A DNA stretch of 63,661 bases, counting the filler, from Dimorphilus gyrociliatus (lineage: Eukaryota; Animalia; Annelida), in the NCBI GenBank assembly GCA_904063045.1. It is 3 parts of 3 records of this genome, joined end to end, with 100 filler letters (N's around TTAATTAATTAA, not from the genome) between each part and the next. Parts side by side here need not be neighbours in the genome. Positions count along the whole stretch, not along the records: positions 50,352 to 63,661 come from CAJFCJ010000152.1; 2 more parts are not named here. One strand, 5' to 3'. The notes under the pieces were generated by a model, which was not told the DNA's origin, made no database searches, and saw only the letters and a list, made by a program, of their open reading frames with translations. Made by a program: the position numbers and the translations under genes. Of this stretch, positions 60,643 to 63,661 are shown piece by piece (position 1 is the first letter of the stretch; each line of letters begins with the position of its first letter).

Positions 60643-63600
60643 ATTGAGTTCGACTATACGACTTTTAGAAAATAACAAGCGAGCTCGAATAGACATTTTA
60701 AAAACTAACGCTTATAATATAACGTGGAAAGACAAAGTATATTCAATCTTGTGTGGTTATGTTCTTATCAAATTAATTACTACTTTAAAATAAAATGGTC
60801 GCAAGAAAATTTTCAGTAGATTATTGAAATATTTGTCTATTTTCAATCAAAATAGCAGTAAATATAATAAAATTGCAGATGTTTTTTATCTTTAGAATCT
60901 TTCTTGGCTCGTAAGCTAAGTACATTTTTTATAGAAAGTAAAAACTAACAACAGGACTAAAACATTGAAATATTTTTTACTTAATAGGTGATGGAATCAG
61001 TTCTTAAATGAATTTTTCAACAGTAAATAGATTTCTTTCTCAATTTAAAAATATCTATTATTTTTTCAATGTATGTCAGCAATGTAAAAATAATACAAAG
61101 CATGATTAAGGCTTAGAGAACAGCTCTGTTCTACTGCTTCTTGTCGCCTCAATAGAAAAAATAGATTTAACAGCATTAAATAATTTACATAAATTTTCTG
61201 TTTAATAGGTCACTGAATAAGTGCTTTAAAGAATTTTTCAACCGTGAATAATTTCTTTCTTTATTTAAAAATATGAATTATGATTTAAATGTATTAATGT
61301 ATAAAAAACATGGAAATTTAATGGAAAATTAAATAAAAAACAAAGCAACAAACTGTTGTTTCTAGTTTCTATAACTTTAGCATCATCACCAGATTTAAAT
61401 GAATTTTACAATTTGAACTTGTAAACATTGCCATGGAAGTCTTTGCCATTAGGAGCATGCATGCATGTTCCAATTTGATGATCATCAGTTAGTGGTTTAT
61501 AGATCTGCCCAGAAATTACAACATTTTTTATATCCAACATATCATGACTATTCAGGGAAATTTTAGGGCTAAAATGTTTGAATTTTGTAAATAAATAAAT
61601 GCGTTCATTAGGAGAACAACTACTAGGTAAAATACATTTGACAACAATTTCAATTGAAAAATCGTCATCCAGATATATCTCGTAACGTAAACGGAAATAA
61701 GACCGGACAAATCGAACAAAGCAAGTTTTAGAAAGGACAAACTTATCGGTATGTGGAATTTTGATTTATATTTTATATCAACTAAAAGGAGTACTGTCTC
61801 GCTTGTATTTTCCTTTGGGAATGAATTGATTACTATTCACAAATAGTTGAAAAGCTTTTCAAGTTAATGATTTGTATTTTGGAATTTTAGAGATAGATAT
61901 AAGACAAGATCATTAAAGTATTTTTTTAAATTTACTACATTTTTACATTTAATAGCAAATGGCTTCTTGCTTATTAAATTTTTATCCTGCCCTTAATAGC
62001 ATTTGTTTTACTGTTGATTGTAGATAACTTATGAATAATAACTTGAAGTTTTCAAAAAAAATGCAGAGAGGAGGTCATTGTCCTTCTCAGATTATGTTTA
62101 AACTCACGAGAGCAATTCTTTGAATACTAATCATAGTTTTTGAATAAATGATGCACTACTAAATATAGATCTTTGTAAACATCTGTGCAATATTTTACTA
62201 GGTTGTAGAGTAATGAATTTGTTTTCCATGATTTTCCCAAGTATATTTTGGTGGTGAAAATTTTCACAAGAACTAATGAAAATGCTACTTGACTTAAAAA
62301 CAGACAGCAGCCCTGTTGTCTTCAGTGTGAACAATTGTGTATTATGCAATTAGTGTTCAAACTTCAGTTGTTCTGGAAATTCCATCATAATACTCAACAG
62401 TGCCTGCTACTTTATCATTTTTTCAGAGATGATTCAAAGAATATTTTATAAGAATATCTGCTTTTAAAAATATTTATGTGCTCTAATTTAAACTCTAATG
62501 GTTCATTTCCCTTTGAGGATTTTCTAACCAAATGGGTTATTTATGGTTCTAGGCGATTTAAATGAGAATGACGCTATATTGCTCAATGAAATTCTTTATA
62601 CACATAAGATAAGAGAGAGGTCAAGGTTAATAAATTATTGTATTGGCAATTAAATGTAAAAAGGTTTAAAAAGCTAAGATGTTGATTTTCTTTATTAATA
62701 ATTTATTGATTTTGAAAGTAAAAAGTTGTATCTTTTTTGTAATAGTTTTCTTACGAAGAGTCCAATAGATAAGATATTTTCACTTTTAAAATAATCAACT
62801 CCCAGTTTAAATTTTTTGATTAAAAGGTAAAATTTTATTTTTTGTCTCTGAAAAAATAAACAGAAATAATTGATATTCAGAATATATTTAAATTCTGTAC
62901 ATCTATAAACAAATCTTCAAATTTAATTGATTCACTGAATGCCACATTTTGAAGATGTGCAAAGTATACAGCTTTTACAACATCAATTATACACAGCAAG
63001 TAGTTGGAAATTATAAAGAATTTTTCATCATAAATAACCCTCGATAAGCAAGTACTATCAAGGCAAAAAAAATGATAATTTTCCTGACTTAGGAAGAACT
63101 TTATGTCTGTTTTTGCGATTAAAAAAAATGATAAAAATAGTTTTGATTTTAGAAAAAAAACATCATGGCTTTTTAATGATTACATTGATTTCCAACTGCT
63201 GACATTTCTTTCTGTTTATTTTCAAGTCTGTTTTCAAATTGATATGTATATATATATATATATATATATAATGAGTACTTTATTAATAGATGGGAAAATA
63301 TTCAAACCTTAGTTTCTTTCTTAACGCTCTCTTCTTATTCATTATAGATTTGAATTCGGACAAAGAGAATAAATATGGATTTAATGTTGAATTAATCGGA
63401 ACTAGAACAATTATCAATATAAAATAGATGAAATTATTTATAGAAACATTAGCAAAAACGGATGAAATTCCTTTAATTTTTAAAAATATTTATATTATTT
63501 AATATAAACTTAAAATCTCTTTTAAATTTGAAATTTTCAAATATAAAAACCTAAAAGTGAGAGTGGAATCCATGATAATAAATTTGTAATTATTATCAAA

Positions 63601-63661
63601 TACACTGCATAAGAAACATTTTGCTTGATTTGTTTCGAACTTTTGCGAAAATTCTGTTTTT

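Noticed and set aside
61380-63050. Short minus-strand ORFs that might be further degenerate SRCR-like exons
   Set aside because: Resemblance is too weak to support a gene model.
63247-63270. (TA)12 microsatellite and the ORF 63103-63312 running through it
   Set aside because: Ordinary simple repeat; the ORF (YIYIYI) is spurious.

Overview
Eukaryotic, very AT-rich window made of three contigs joined by identical artificial 100-nt spacers (44 N + TTAATTAATTAA + 44 N at 22104-22203 and 50252-50351). Contig 1 (1-22103) looks microsporidian (inference): short intronless genes, CCC motifs just before ATGs, AATAAA overlapping stop codons, a frameshifted LRR gene, three related small secreted proteins and two tetraspan paralogs. 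It is densely filled with DNA transposons: an IR-DR Tc1, two MULEs, an intact 978-bp Merlin plus a fragment, and two Ginger/GIN-type integrase elements, one with ~200-bp TIRs and a perfect 16-bp target duplication. Contigs 2 and 3 look like a compact-intron animal, probably a lophotrochozoan (inference). Contig 2 has a DEG/ENaC channel and three SRCR-like/CTL-like/LDLa/LRR/7TM (GRL101-like) receptor genes. Two of these are head-to-head and share a near-identical 2427-bp inverted tract, suggesting gene conversion and a possible invertible cassette. Contig 3 has an intronless microbial-type PI-PLC X-domain gene (HGT candidate), tRNA-Ile(AAT), a PHD-bearing MULE derivative, a truncated Tc1 and a variant U1 snRNA. 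All assignments are by eye from motifs; no database searches were run.
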